DNA of 64,000 bases from Octopus sinensis (taxonomy: Eukaryota), in the NCBI RefSeq assembly GCF_006345805.1, contig NC_043004.1, positions 29,512,001-29,576,000 on the forward strand, read 5' to 3'. Every line of letters starts with the position of its first letter. Position 1 is the stretch's first letter. A program made the translations under genes and the position numbers. The notes under the pieces were generated by a model that saw nothing but the letters and a program-made list of their open reading frames with translations, searched no databases and had not been told where the DNA came from. Below are positions 50,470-64,000 of this stretch, one piece after another.

Positions 50470-51010
50470 CAATCGTCTGGAAGCCGTTCAGTGACGTGCA
50501 ACCAAAAGAATATCCTCCATCAGGCATTTGCCATATACTGAACGCCTTACTTCCCTGGGCATGGACACATTGAAACTCCGATGTCTAGCAGCTGACTTGG
50601 CAGACACCCATAAAATTATCAACCATCTTACAAACAATAACTCTGAGCACCTTTTCGAACTCCACCTGTCTAACACCCATGGACATGCTTACAAAGTCAG
50701 GAAACAGCACAGCTCCCATGACTGTTGGAAACATTTTTTCACGCTGAGAGTTGCTGAAGCATGGAACAAACTGCCGGCATCAGTTGTTAGTTGTCGGAGC
50801 ACTGCATCCTTCAAAACTTCCATGCTTTCTGAGATTCGCCAACACTACACCTGATTTTCTCCCCTCCATACACACACAAGCATGTATCCGATTCATGCAT
50901 TGTTCGCTTTCCAGACATTTGTACATTATTGCATGTGCTTTATACGCACTTTCTGACAAGTTGTGGTGCACCTGAGCACTGTATACAATAATTTCATTAT
51001 TATTATTATA
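50470..51010 (+). mobile_element. CR1/L2-like LINE 3' end, same family as 28000-28860
   Basis: PYTERLTSLGMDTLKLRCLAADLADTHKIINHL...FFTLRVAEAWNKLP; (TTA)n tail. Confidence 0.88.
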
Positions 51011-51284
51011 TAAAAGTGTTATTTACACTTATGCAGATAATGGTTTCAATCTTTGGCACAAGGGCTCATTCTAGGGAGGTAGTAAATCAATTACATCAAC
51101 CCTAGTGCTCAACTGGTACTTATTTTATTGATTCTGAAAGGATTAAAGGCAAAGTCAACCCCAACAGCATTTGAACTCAGATTTTTTTTTAATGGTGCAG
51201 TAACAATTGTGCCAGTTCCCCACCCTATTTATGCAGATAATTATTACAAATAAACTATTAAAAATTTGCTAACAATTTACTTAC

Positions 51285-51459
51285 CAATGTGTCAGCATCT
51301 AAAAACACACATTTCGAGTACTGTGTTAATTTCCAACAGTAAAGTTTTGTGAACGTTACATTGAGATCAGGCCTACCAAGGAGTTGAAGATTTTTGTAGT
51401 CATGACTAGAAATTAAGTCAACTTCACAAACTTCATCAAAAACATCTTTAAGATTTTTT
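51285..51459 (-). CDS. GYG1: Glycogenin exon with DxD motif
   Basis: ttag|[11 protein letters not shown]...[30 protein letters not shown]|gtaagt; 175 nt, phase 2 to 0. Confidence 0.97.
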
Positions 51460-52210
51460 CTAAAATTAAAAATGAAAAACAAAAATATTAAACAAGGGGA
51501 AAAAAAAGAATCACAACAGAAACACTAAACAAATAACTGATATAAATCAATAATATTAATTAGTTTCCATTAAATTTAGAAAAAATCTTTTAGTCTACAA
51601 CAGAAAATAAAAATTATGAGCCCCTAATCTACTGGTATTCCTTTACTCTTTTCTCTCATTGCAGCCATCTCCTAATAACACTTGCTACCATCTCTCACAA
51701 ATCTTTTACATAAGTTGATATTTCTTTCTCAGCCACAAAAAGTCCTGCTTGAGACAAGAGACTTCCCTTCCTCATAGCATGAAACTTCACCCACTATTTA
51801 ATAGATACAGAACATCACTAATTTGCTCAGATTCTACAGTTTTTATATATCTGGCATTCAGTTTATCTAATATTCTAGTCTTTCTGCCACTTCATCACTA
51901 TTTGTGAGAGAACTTCTTGTACCACATAAGGCTGCTAGCCAGAAATGTGTCACCTACTTGACAATGAAGTTCACATCAACCTTTTGGACCCTTATTACTA
52001 ATTAGTAGAGTATATGTGTCCATGTTTTAATTACTGGCAGCTTTTGAAGAATCTATATTCCAAATTGTTATCAATTTACTTTATATAAACATTCTGCAGC
52101 AAGTGTGACTCATATTCATGATCAACATTGATATTATCAAAAATGAGTGGAAGAAAACATTGGAAATATACAAAATGGCAAATGTAATTAAGTAAAAAAA
52201 CAGAAATTAC

Positions 52211-52349
52211 CTGAGACACTCGGATACACCTTTTGTAATGAGCACAACTAATTTTCTTTGAGTTTTGGTTCTCCGTAAGGATTCTCCAAGGACCAAACAT
52301 CCCAATACATAGGTATCATTTGTTGCTAAGGTCACAAAAGCCTCCTTAC
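52211..52349 (-). CDS. GYG1: Glycogenin second coding exon (GT8 N-terminus)
   Basis: tatag|GT KEAFVTLATNDTYVLGCLVLGESLRRTKTQRKLVVLITKGVSECL AG|gtaatt; 139 nt, phase 1 to 2; absent from the ORF track because it has no in-frame start. Confidence 0.93.
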
Positions 52350-55300
52350 CTATAATATATTAGTAAACTCCAATATTATGACATGTAGACAACTTCTGTC
52401 TTTCGTATTATCAAACTTTATAGAAAAAACATTATATGCAAATAAAGCAAGCAATTTGAGAATTGTGATTTTGCTTCCTTGGCAAAGCTGCTAAAAAGAT
52501 GATCCTTAAAACTTTTAGTATTTGAGAAGACTATGCAAACAATAGAGGCTAGCTAGACAACATAATGTTCACAAGATTTAATTTATCTATTGCATTCGCC
52601 AATATAAAGAAATAGGAATACAATAGAGTGGTGATTAATTTTATCAACTAATTCACTGGATGTATTGATCATAAATGAAACTATAAGCCTTGGCTGTGTA
52701 CTGGTCAAAAATATAACTAACATACTGGCCATGTCGATCATAAGTAAAACTAATCTATTGGCTACGTGTGTAGATCATAAATGTAACACACTGTTGATCA
52801 CAATTAAAACTAACCTACTGACTGTGTCTATTGATCATACACAAATAAATCAACATCCAACTAACAGAGTAGCACTACTGTTACCAAAAATAACTTGCAC
52901 TTTTTTTTTTATGTTATTTAAAAATACACCAATTATTAAATGTAACTTCCAATTCAAGATAAATTTGAAATAATACTGCATTTGATAAAAATAAGATGCA
53001 CTTTTTTTTTCCAACAAGTCTCAAAAATTTACTCCAAGTCCTATCTGCAAAGTCGGGCCTCCCATAAGCTTTTAAGAACTAACAATCATTTTTTACTGAA
53101 TATGAGCAACTGAAACTGGGTTGCATACACTATACCTGTGCATTTTTTATGATACTTTAAGCTATTAGCTAATTTTCATCAATATTATAAAGTAGCAAAC
53201 TTTTCATCTTAATAAAAATTTTAATTGTATTCTCTCTGCATTTCACCTTCTTATCACACCCACTTTGCTATTTAGGGGGGGGGGGTTCAGCAGGAATCTT
53301 GCCAGCAAACTGGATCATGAAGAGTTATGTACCTTGCACTGAGACAAACAAAACATTTCCTGTTGTTCAACAAAGATATAAGCCAAGGTATCAAAATAAG
53401 CCTTTAATACGTCTGCGTACATGCACAAATGTTTGCATCTAAGTAAAGAATCATGAGAAGTCTTCTCCAAACAGGCAATCAAAATTAGCCGAATAATTTG
53501 GAGATTTAAAATTAAAGGGACCAATACTTTGTATTTCAGTTAGTTACTTCAAAATGACACCTAAAAAATTACATACTAAAAAGATATATATCCATTACAA
53601 ATTTGTACTTGATACACAGGTCTAATTGTAGGTAGGCAATGGAATGTCAGAAAAAAATATCACTCTCATCATTGGATTGAACACAATTCTCTGAGGCAGA
53701 TTTTTTTTATGGCTTGATGTCCATCCTGTCACTAACCATCACCTGTTTTCATGCAAGACAACGAATATTCCCATGTATATAAATGTTTTCACATGTGACT
53801 GGAAATGAAAGATGCTACTTGTATGACAATGATACTCATCGTTTACAACTATTGTGACAAAGGGACGCTAACACACATTCTCCACACACAATGGGCTTCT
53901 TTTAATTTTCATGTATCAAATCCACTCACAAGGCTGCAATAGAAGGCATTTGTCCAAGGTGCCATGTAGTGGGACTAAACTTATTGGGAAGCAAACTTCT
54001 TCACTAGACAGCTATACAAGCACCAATGTAAAATACAAATTGCATTTTCTTAAATATTGTGATGTATGGAAGAATTAAAATTTATCATAATTACTGTATA
54101 AAACGCATCAAAAAAGTTCATCTATAGTAAACAAAGCAAAAAAAAAAACTTGAAAGTGACCTTTGAATTTCACCAGTTTTGGCCATGGAAATGATGTGTG
54201 TGTGTAAAATGTATATGCATGTCAGTGTGTGTGTACTCAAAACTGTTTAATAAAACTTGTATTTTCTGAGGGGGAGTCTAACAACAACAACAAAACAATT
54301 ATAAAACTTGAAGAATCTGAATACAAAATTAAAAACCTGAATTGCAAACTGTTTACACATATTGAACCCTTTAAATATGAAGCTATATAAACACAACAAT
54401 AACCAATGTGTATGCTCACATTACAAAGATGTTTAAAAAAGAATATCACATCACACTAATAGGTTTTAATCAATTCTGAGCTGCTTTTAGTATATTTATC
54501 AAACAAGCACTCATATTTTCTTTAAACAATACTCTGTCTTATGTATTGTATAAGCCAACAAGTGAAACATCTACATGATAGCTGGACATGTTATGAATAT
54601 CAACCAATCCTCTAAATTGCAGGTATCCATGTACGTGTTAGCCAATGAGCAAAACCTCTACATAGTAGCTAAATATGTTAGAAATAGCCATGTGTCTCAT
54701 ATTACAAAATGAAAGATTACCATTTTAAACAATCTGATTTTTTAAACATTTTTCACAATTCTAGTTCAATACACCACACTAATTTTTTTACTCACTTCTC
54801 AAAATATAAAAATAAAAATGATGCAGGATTAGAGAGATGCTATTTTAAGCTTATATTTAGTTCTAGCCTGGCTAGCTTTCACACAAATCAGTGAAACATT
54901 TTGGCTGCCAATGCCTATATTGAAACAATCATTTTGTGACTACCTCCAGACATCCTGAGCAAAGAAAACCAAATCAAGTTGAAATGTCATTTCTGATTAT
55001 CTACCAGCATTCTCAGCTGCTTTTTTTCTATACACAAGTCTGTAAAGTTTCTCTGAGACAGCTGTTCCAGATTTGTATATTGAACACTAAGTAGAATGGA
55101 TTACATTTAGCTAAGTTCTTCTCCTTTCAATAGTCTTACTAGGAAGATGGCAATGGTATATCATCAAAGCAGATTCTGCTCCTAAAGCTCTTTCTATAAC
55201 CATCAGTTTGATACCACATTATCTGCTAATTTCTTTTCACCAGACAAATTAAGTTTACAAAGAAAAAAAAATGCCATACAAAATTTGCTAAACAACCAAC

Positions 55301-56537
55301 TATAAACATGCATGCAGGTCTCCACAATATCCTTATAATTGATTTAATGACTTTATACTTTGCACTAAGCCACTTAAATTACACTGCATCTAGTTTTCTA
55401 AAACTTTATTTTCTTTAATACCCACTAGCCATCAATACTTTTACTCATCTCCGAAGTGTTAACTTTTGATTTTAATGTTGTAAGCAGTGAGATTCCACTG
55501 CATTTCCCATGCAATACTGTTCCAGTTTCTACCTCTTTTCAAATGCTGTATTATGTCAGTTTCTGGGTACAAATTGCAGCTTATAAGCTTTCTTTTCACA
55601 GCTTTCCCAAACTGGTAGGAATAGCCATTAATGTTTGACCAATATATTACTAGGTGTGGTTGAGTGGTATGAAGTTTACTTCTAAATTGCATGCTCTCAG
55701 GCTGAGCTCCAAGGCATGACATCTTGGGCAAGTACCTACTGTAGCGCTAAGCCAACCAAAGTCTTGAGAGTGGATTTGGCACACAGAAACAGAAAGAAGC
55801 CCATTTGCATGTGCATGCGTGACTGTGTGCATGTTATTGTCTTGACTTCATGTATTAGTTGTAAACAAATGTCATTGTTATACAAGCAGTGTTCTTCATT
55901 TCCAAATGTCAATGAAAATCTTTAGTCATGGGATATATTACCTTATATTACCTTACTTGGAAATTGAAGGTTGGTGACAGGAAGGAGATCCAGCTGCAGA
56001 AAATCTGCCTCAACAAATTCCATTTAATCCATGCAAGCATCAAAAAGTGAACATTGAACAATGAAGATAAAAGTAAAATACTTAAGCAATGACAATTGTT
56101 TTTTTCAACTTGAATGTATAAACAGTTATGGAGTGATATCAATAGCCAGTGACAGGATTAAGGAAAATAAAATTGGTGAATGATGAAAAAGATAATTGGA
56201 TCTGAGACTATTGGACACGAGATTAATGAACATTTATTATATGCACATACACACACTATACATCACTTGTATATATTTATAAACATGCTTTTTTTTTCCA
56301 TGTTGGAATGGGCTGGACAAAGACATTGAGGCAGTATTTTACAACTGGATGCCTTTCTGTCACCAACTTCAGTTTTTATTTTTGAAATAATGTATTTATT
56401 TAATTCCACTGGTCTTCATACAAAGCTGCTGACTCACAGAACACATTGTATGCAGGAAATACATGCACCATTGCTTAAAAGGAGTCAATGTGAACATAAG
56501 GAAACAAATACTTGTACATGAATCACACACCACACAC

Positions 56538-56568
<31 letters not shown>

Positions 56569-56569
56569 C

Positions 56570-56850
56570 TCAGTGTAAGTGATTTGAGAGGCAAACTGGG
56601 TCTACAAGGCATCAGACAGTGTAAAAGAGAGAAGACTGCAGTGGTATGGTCATGTAATGTGTATGAAGACACTTGCTTCAAGAAGTGTTGAGCTCTGATT
56701 GTGGAGGGAACATGTGGAAGGGGTAGACCCAGGAAGGTGTGGGACAAAGTGGTGATAAAAGATCTTCAGATGTTAGGCCTCACAGAGATGACAGGCGACT
56801 GAGACTTTTGGTGGCTTGCTGTACTTGAGAAGATATGTCAAGCTAAGTAA
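56570..56850 (+). mobile_element. RTE LINE 3' fragment
   Basis: Similar to 48320-48610 (tggtatggtcatgt, ggtagacccaggaag). Confidence 0.7.
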
Positions 56851-57299
56851 GTACATGGTTGTTTGCATACAGGCATGTCTGCTGCATTTATCTTCAGCTG
56901 AACGTTCCTAATCTTGCAGGCTTGTGGATGTCAGTACCATGTAAAAAGCATCTGTACCAGTGCCACATCAAAGCACCCAGTACTCTCAGTAAAGTGGTTG
57001 GCTCCTATCAAACAGTCCAACTTATGCCAGCATGAAAAACATGCATTAAATGATGTGTGTGTTTTTAACTATACAGCAATACCTGCACTTACAAATGTTA
57101 AATATATGTATACATGACATATATGAACGTGCATGTGCATATTATGCCTGCACTTGTACACATCACATAATAAACATGTCTTTGATGGGGTACCGAAAAG
57201 TAACAGGAAAGGTTCTCTGTGGGACAAGTCCGTTGTTGTTCAGGCTTTCGCCACTAGAAGCCACTTGATGCGATCCTCAGGCATCAGTATGCCAACTGG

Positions 57300-57960
57300 T
57301 GTCAAGTGTAAGCCCTACTGCCATGTGGTGCATCTTTGCTTTGCAGTGCTTCTCTCCAGTTCATCAATTTTTGCAATGGCTCAAATGAAAGAACAGCATG
57401 CTTCCATGAAATTCTGTTTTCTACTGGGGAAAATAGCAGCCAAAACAGTTATCATACTTCTAACAGCTTACAAAGAGGCTGCCATGAGCAAAACAAGTTT
57501 ACAAGCAGTTTTCACACTTTAAGAATGGTCAATTGACAAACTTGTTGATATGACTGGTGAGTCCTGGAGCTCCTGCCAACAAATTTTGAGCGAGGAATTG
57601 CAAATGAAAAGAGTTGCAAAAAAATTTGTGCCTTGCTTGATCATGGAAGATCAAAAGCAGTCACAGCTGAATACACGTCACAAACTGAAAGAACAGTTGG
57701 AAATTGATCCAGACCTTTTTTCGAAGCTCATCACTGATGACAAAAGCTGGTGCTATGGAATTTGCAGATGTGGAAGAGGTGCAGAAAAAAATGGAATGCA
57801 TTAAAAAAGGCATCACTTTGCAAGAGTTTCAACACTGCCTTGAACAGTGGAAAACACGCCTGGACCAATGCATTGCTTCAAAGGGAGATTACTTTGAAGG
57901 CAATAAAAGTAAACACAAGACTAATATTTCATTTTGGAATTTGGTTTTCAAGATTCTTTA
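57300..57960 (+). mobile_element. Internally deleted mariner element
   Basis: EQHASMKFCFLLGK, QILSEELQMKRVAKKFVP, LITDDKSWCYG fused directly to FQHCLEQWKTRLDQCIASKGDYFEG. Confidence 0.8.
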
Positions 57961-57984
57961 TATGAGTTCGTGTGTTGAAGCATA

Positions 57985-58166
57985 TTCTGTTGTGTCTGGG
58001 GAGAGTCATTTTCTTTTTGTGCCTTATAATGTAACACACTCACCGGTAAAATTTCCAATTATTTCTTATTTTTATTTTCCTAAAAGAAATAAGTGGAAAT
58101 TTTACTAGTGAGTGTGTTACATTATAAGGCACAAAAAGAAAAGGACTCTCCCCAGACACAACAGAA
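57985..58166. repeat. Foldback hairpin with 72-bp arms and a partly paired loop
   Basis: 57985-58056 is the near-exact reverse complement of 58095-58166. Confidence 0.9.
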
Positions 58167-58665
58167 CATAAGACTAAATGAATAAAATAATATTGCAAAA
58201 TTCTGGTTTCTCTTGGTACCCCTTCGTACATAGCATTATATGAGAATACCTAAGTTTAATGATTTGATTGATTCCAAATATCCAGTTTGTGAGAGGCTAA
58301 TTTACATTCAAATAATGCTATAAATAGTGACTGCGTTCTTGCTGAGATCTGACATAATTTTTGAAGTGTTAAATGTAAGGAACAATAAAATAATTTAGGT
58401 ATAACCAATACTTTAAAATCATTCATAGATCATTTATAAACAAAAAATAATCACAAGTACTTTTTTTTTCTATTTATCATTCAATGAAGCCTAGCTCCTC
58501 ATATTTGGTTCAATGAAAGAGTTTATTTCTATGGCAGTCTTTTTAGTTCATAAATTTCTTGACACCAGGCATGACATTTTAGTCTGCAACAATTTGCCTA
58601 CTTCACACAAAACCTTTATATCTTAAAACTTTCAAATATGTGAAATGGCTTCATCTAATCCTTAA

Positions 58666-58886
58666 CCCTTTAGTGTTTAAACTGGCCAAATCCGGCCCAA
58701 TATATTCTACATGTTTTATATCCAAACTGGCGATATCTAGCCTCTCACTCCTAACCTACAATGCCATTCTAAAAATAAACAATCACATCATTGAAACGTC
58801 AAAGCTATAAGATAATGCATGATTAATTCAAAACAATTTGAGTGAAAAAGTATTAGATTTAACAGAGTATTCTGAACACTAAAGGG
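58666..58886. mobile_element. piggyBac-type MITE (221 bp) with TTAA TSD
   Basis: TTAA|CCCTTTAGTGTT ... AACACTAAAGGG|TTAA. Confidence 0.88.
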
Positions 58887-58899
58887 TTAAAGGATGAAG

Positions 58900-59900
58900 A
58901 TAAAGAGGAATTCATGTTGCTTGATCTTTTCCAGATTTTTCATCATGATCTTCCATTTCAAAGACATTTTCATCATATAACTGAAATCTTGTAAATTATT
59001 CACTGAAACATCAAGGTGTAACTAATTGCTAATATCTACAATCATCTCATTTTCAGTCATCTTTACTGATTCTACAAATACCTCAAAATTATTAATAACT
59101 TAAAAATATTCTTCCCAAAACATCCCTAATATTTTTCCCTTCTCTTCATTCTACTCCTTTTATATGCAATTAGAATATTGTATCATTTCCATCATTTAGT
59201 TACCTTCTGCGTCAATGGCATTCATTAATTTAGCAAATGTATGACAAAGAAAATATACTTCAAAAGTTGCAATAATACCTTGGTCTGTTGTTTCCAAAAG
59301 TTGGTGGCATAAACAATTTGAAGTTTAGATGATGATATAGAGACAGTAGATGACAAGGTGCATTATCTACAGTCAGTAGCAGATGAAATAGAATATTTTT
59401 GCCTTCAAAATATATTTTGCTTTGTTTTTTTTTACTTGAGTTACAAAATGAATGCAAAAACCCATCACCAAATAATGAAGTTGTAACCCAAGCCTATTTG
59501 CTTTCTATATGACTTCCATAAGTGTAGTTTTTACAAAGCCTTTAGTTGCTGTTTGATTTAACATAATGCAGAAGCATGACTGAACTTTTGTCTTCATCTG
59601 CATAACCTCCAAACAAGAAAAATGTGAACCAATTTTTAACAACTTTAAAATTTAGCATCAATAATTTCTTTTGCAATGTTGCTTCTTGATGGAATGTGCT
59701 TTTAAAATATGCACATTTCGTCTGAATTAAGTTTGTGAGCCCATGCAGCTATATTCTTCTATTTCTTTTAATTGTTCTTGTTTAAATTTGTTATTCCAGT
59801 GCCTGCACTCACAGCTTCTACTTACCAACAAGCTCATTTTTCACATCTCTAAAACCAGACATTACATACAGTAAATGCTTTTTAACAGTTGTCTTTTTGT
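58900..59900 (-). mobile_element. Tigger/pogo transposase remnant
   Basis: *AWVTTSLF, LLLTVDNAPCH, LFMPP, MNAIDAE; matches pogo DDE_1 motifs; many stops. Confidence 0.7.
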
Positions 59901-59994
59901 TTTTTCTTCTGTTTCTTTTAAGAACAGATAAATATTTATTACAAATAACACCGAGATTAATAGGCATGCTTAATTACATTTTATTATTTATCCA

Positions 59995-60397
59995 TTACTT
60001 TTTTACTCTTTTACTTGTTTCAGTCATTTAACTGGGGCCAAGCTGGAGCACCGCCTTTAGTCGAGCAAATCGACCCCGAGACATTCTTTGTAAGCCCAGT
60101 ACTTATTCTATCAGTCTCTTTTGCCAAACCGCTAAGTGACGGGGACGTAAACACACCAGCATCGGTTGTCAAGCAATGCTAGGGGGACAAACACAGACAC
60201 ACAAACACACATATATATATATATATATATACATATATACGACAGGCTTCTTTCAGTTTCCGTCTACCAAATCCACTCACAAGGCATTGGTCGGCCCGGG
60301 GCTATAGCAGAAGACACTTGCCCAAGATGCCACGCAGTGGGACTGAACCCGGAACCATGTGGTTGATTAGCAAGCTACTTACCACACAGCCACTCCA
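59995..60397 (-). mobile_element. Near full-length SINE family B
   Basis: Reverse complement matches 46241-46590. Confidence 0.87.
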
Positions 60398-61904
60398 TGT
60401 TGATGAATGCAAGGACTTTAATAATGAAATTAAAATTGCACTTTTAATTTCATTCAAATATTTTTCTTTATGCATTAACCCAAAGATCTTGGTTGATGAC
60501 TCAGAGAAAATTTTAATACTACATCTTCAATGGTTGTCCTGAATGTTTTTGTTTAAAGTTTTGCTTTCTTTTGTTTGTTTCTAAATTTTTATTCTTTATA
60601 TTGGACCTACAAACATTTACAAGCATTACAATAACTGAACTTTTAACTTTTAACACCACTAAAGATCATTAAGTATACATGTCTAAGCTAAAACTATATA
60701 GCTGTAGATATATGGCTTTATGGTTAAAAAGTTCATTTTGCAACCACCTGGTTTCAGGTTCAGTTCATTGGGCATATGTCTTCTACTACAGCCCTAGGTC
60801 AACTGAAACCATACAATATGGTAGAGAGAGACTGAAAGAAGGCTATCATGTGTGTGTGTATGTGTGTGTGTGAGTATGTGTGTCAGTGTTTGTTAACATT
60901 AGTGATCTACAAAAGTCACTTGCTACAAACGGTGTACTTCTGTCAACAAATCAACTGCACATTTTGGACCCTTGAAGACTTGTGTTCAATAAGAAGTCTT
61001 TTACATGAAAAGCAGGCATGGATTAATGATAGGAAGGGCATCCAGCTGTAAAACAATGCCTCGATAATATGTGTAACCCATGCAAACATGGAGAAACAAG
61101 ATACATAAATGATAACTGTTATTTGAAAGCAAGTATGACATGATAACATGTATCATGCTTTCACTAATTGTTTTAGGTGCTTATATAGTCACAAACAGAC
61201 ATCCTTTCAATCATTTTACCTTTAACCCAGCAGAAAAAACAAAGATGTGACAGTAGAGAGAAGAGAGGGTAGCATTAAAACTCTGCTGATACTCATTTCA
61301 GTTTAGTGTACTGAAGCAATAAGTGGTTTGCTCAAGGGGACATGTCTCCCAGTTCAGGAATCAGACCAATAACCTTATGATTGATTAGTCCAACAGCCTA
61401 ATCATCAGACCAGACACCACCACTGAACTTAAATGGTATACACATGTATGCACGTCACTTTTGCTCAAGCAAATATACATACCAAATATGTACACACATG
61501 TACACATACTATACACATTAATAATATACTTATGTACAAGCATAGATGTGTGGTTACAAAGTTCACCTCACAATAGGTCATCAGGTCCCATCACACACTG
61601 TGGTAACTTAGACAAGTGTCTTCTACTATAGCTCTGAATTGATTTGGTAGATAGAAACACTACAGAAGCCCATCATATATCTTGTAAAATAGTTAAAATA
61701 TGTATACACACAAGTGTGTGTGTCCCAACATTTTTACATTCACACTGTTTAAGTAGTAACATTTAACTCTGTCTCCCATGAATAGCTCAGCAATTTTGTC
61801 TATTCCAATACGAGAAAACCAACAGAATAATAAGAGTGCACTGTTTCTTTCCAACTAAACTGACCTCTAACTGTTCATAGAAGACTTTAAAAGTAACAAG
61901 TAGT

Positions 61905-62998
61905 AACTGCTCTTGAAAATCTGACAAAATTTGGCACTGTGGTGTCATGAAGTACCTTCAGAAAAAGGCTTTAGCCCCCAAGGACATTTCATGCTGACAT
62001 ACTTGCTACAGTTGAGGAAGACACTAGCTATATCAGCAGTCTAAAAGTGGGCAGCTGACTTTAGAAAAGGAGTCTTGAAGATCAGCCAAGGACTGGACCT
62101 CCTGCAACTGCAACCACTAAAGAAAACATTAACTGTGATCATCACTTGGTGATGCATGACAGGTGATTGACGATAAATCAAACAGCCAATGCTATTACAT
62201 ACAAGAGAGTTGGGAATATTCTGCACAATGAACTTGTCAGAAAGAAGGTTTCTGCTTGGTGGGTGACACATCTGACACACATTCAGAAGTGCACCAGGCT
62301 GATCACATCATGGGAAAATCTGACATTGTTTCAGGCAGATCCATCTGGTTTCTTTGAATGATTTCTAACTCAAAATGAGTGTTGGGTTCATCACTTTGAG
62401 CCAGAGAAAAAGGGACAGCCATGCAGTGGAAACACCTCTCCTCACCAGCCAAATTTGTTTCATTTGCAGGGTGCATGATGACTTAGTATTTTGGGGATTC
62501 AAAAGGCATTATGTTTATTGACTATCTTCAAAAGGGCCACACAATCAATAGAGTGTACTATGCCAAATTGCTGAGGCAGTTCCAAAAAGCTATCAAGACC
62601 AAACACCCAGGAAAACTGACGAAAAGGGTCTTGTTTCATCAGGACAATACTCCAGCACACACAAGTCCTTGGTTTCAATGACTGCTGTGTATGACTGTGG
62701 TTTTGAACTGGTTGATCACCCTCCCTATTCCCTTGATTAGGCTCCATCTGACTATCATTTGTTCCTCAACATGAAAAAACACTTAGCTGGGAACCAGTAT
62801 TGCAGTAATGATAATATCGTATCTATTAACTTTTTAGGCCAACAGGATGAGACCTTCTTCACAAATGGGATCCAATCACTGCAACACTGATGGAAGAAAT
62901 ACGTGGAGTGCAAGGGGCCCAATGTTGCAAAATAAACCTCATTTGGTCACATTCCATGAGTATTATGGTCACCCTATGAATTTTTCAGCCAACCTCTT
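61905..62998 (+). mobile_element. Mariner (DD34D) transposon remnant with right end
   Basis: ILHNELVRKKVSAWWV, TQNECWVHHFEPE, LFHQDNTPAH, HPPYSLD*APSDYHLF; same family as 17465-18118. Confidence 0.87.
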
Positions 62999-64000
62999 AA
63001 ACTACTTTAATTAAAAATAACACAACATGAAGGGCATCAGGCCATAGAATACTGACTCAATAAGTCTCATCCAACCCTTGCTAGTATAGAAAAAGTTGAT
63101 CTAAAAACTACCATATTGATACAGACATACACATAATATGCACAATAGACATGAATATATAAAAAGAAAAAATACATATATACATTTGTGAGTGCATCAT
63201 GCAAGTGTTTATGGTCTAAAACCTACTCTAGTTTATTCTAAGTCCTTTACTCTCCCAAAATTTAACACTATGACAATAAGTATCAAATAGGAGTCAATAC
63301 AACTGAGCAGGCCCTTGAAGATAATTACAATCAACTAAATCAAACCAATTAGAAGAATAACAATACAGAAACAATATGCACAAAAATAATGTTCAAACAG
63401 AATTCTAATATAAGCTGCTGTAGCAATGAAAAAAAATTGTCTAGTAGCAGCCATGTTAGCAAGGGAAATGAAATACAAAACCAACAGATTTTACAATCAT
63501 TTCAAATATTCAGAATTACACGAGAGTCTAATGGCATAGAAAGAAGACTATTCACAAATAGGTGTCTGTTGAACTTAGTTAAATTCCTTTTAGACACAAA
63601 ACATTTAATTACATTGTAACAGTTTACTTGTCCAGCCAAGTTCCCAACTGCAAATAGTAACTCAGGGTAATAATAGGCATGTTCTAATAGAATAGCTGAC
63701 AACCGCTTCCAACAGTTCCATTACCTAAGACTTTGCAGAATATTTGTTCTAAAATAAGAGACTCATCTTACTGTAATGTTGACAACTCAAAATAGAAATA
63801 AAACAGACATATATATTTCACCAGTACAACTTTATATTTGAAGTTGTAAGTACAATATACAAACATTCAAATATCAAATACACTTAAAACCCAAGAAATT
63901 TAAATACTAATTATTTTCAAAATAAACAAGGACCTTCATGAAAAAGAAATTGAATAGTCGGAATTTAAAGAAATGTTAAACTAGAACTCAATAAATCACT

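Noticed and set aside
63502-63748. Possible exon(s) of another gene or a glycogenin 5'UTR micro-exon
   Set aside because: Splice-like signals exist but frames contain stops and there is no homology; cannot be supported

Overview
Eukaryotic, AT-rich, repeat-dense animal DNA. The SINE and microsatellite repertoire looks like an octopus/cephalopod genome (recalled resemblance, not verified). One host gene is clear: a glycogenin (GYG1-like) on the minus strand. Six coding exons lie at 38608-52349, all with GT-AG sites and consistent phases, plus a candidate 69-nt in-frame Ser/Pro-rich cassette exon; the short first coding exon was not identified. The rest is mostly decayed mobile DNA: R4/Dong-like, other RLE, CR1, RTE and I/Jockey LINE fragments; hAT, piggyBac, mariner, Tc1, maT and Tigger remnants; several tRNA-type SINE families; and microsatellites. 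The main signal is a set of Penelope-like or retrozyme-like elements in (TA)n tracts (9.1-14.2 kb and 26.6-27.4 kb) carrying type I hammerhead ribozymes from four different families, mostly as divergent inverted pairs. These include a canonical pair in a ~270-bp-arm palindrome with a covarying long stem II, a rare U3-A8 compensatory core variant, and a 539-nt circularly permuted non-coding unit. Hammerheads in Penelope-like elements are known in general; these families and their activity are unverified. All folding and alignments were done by eye, and most TE boundaries are approximate.
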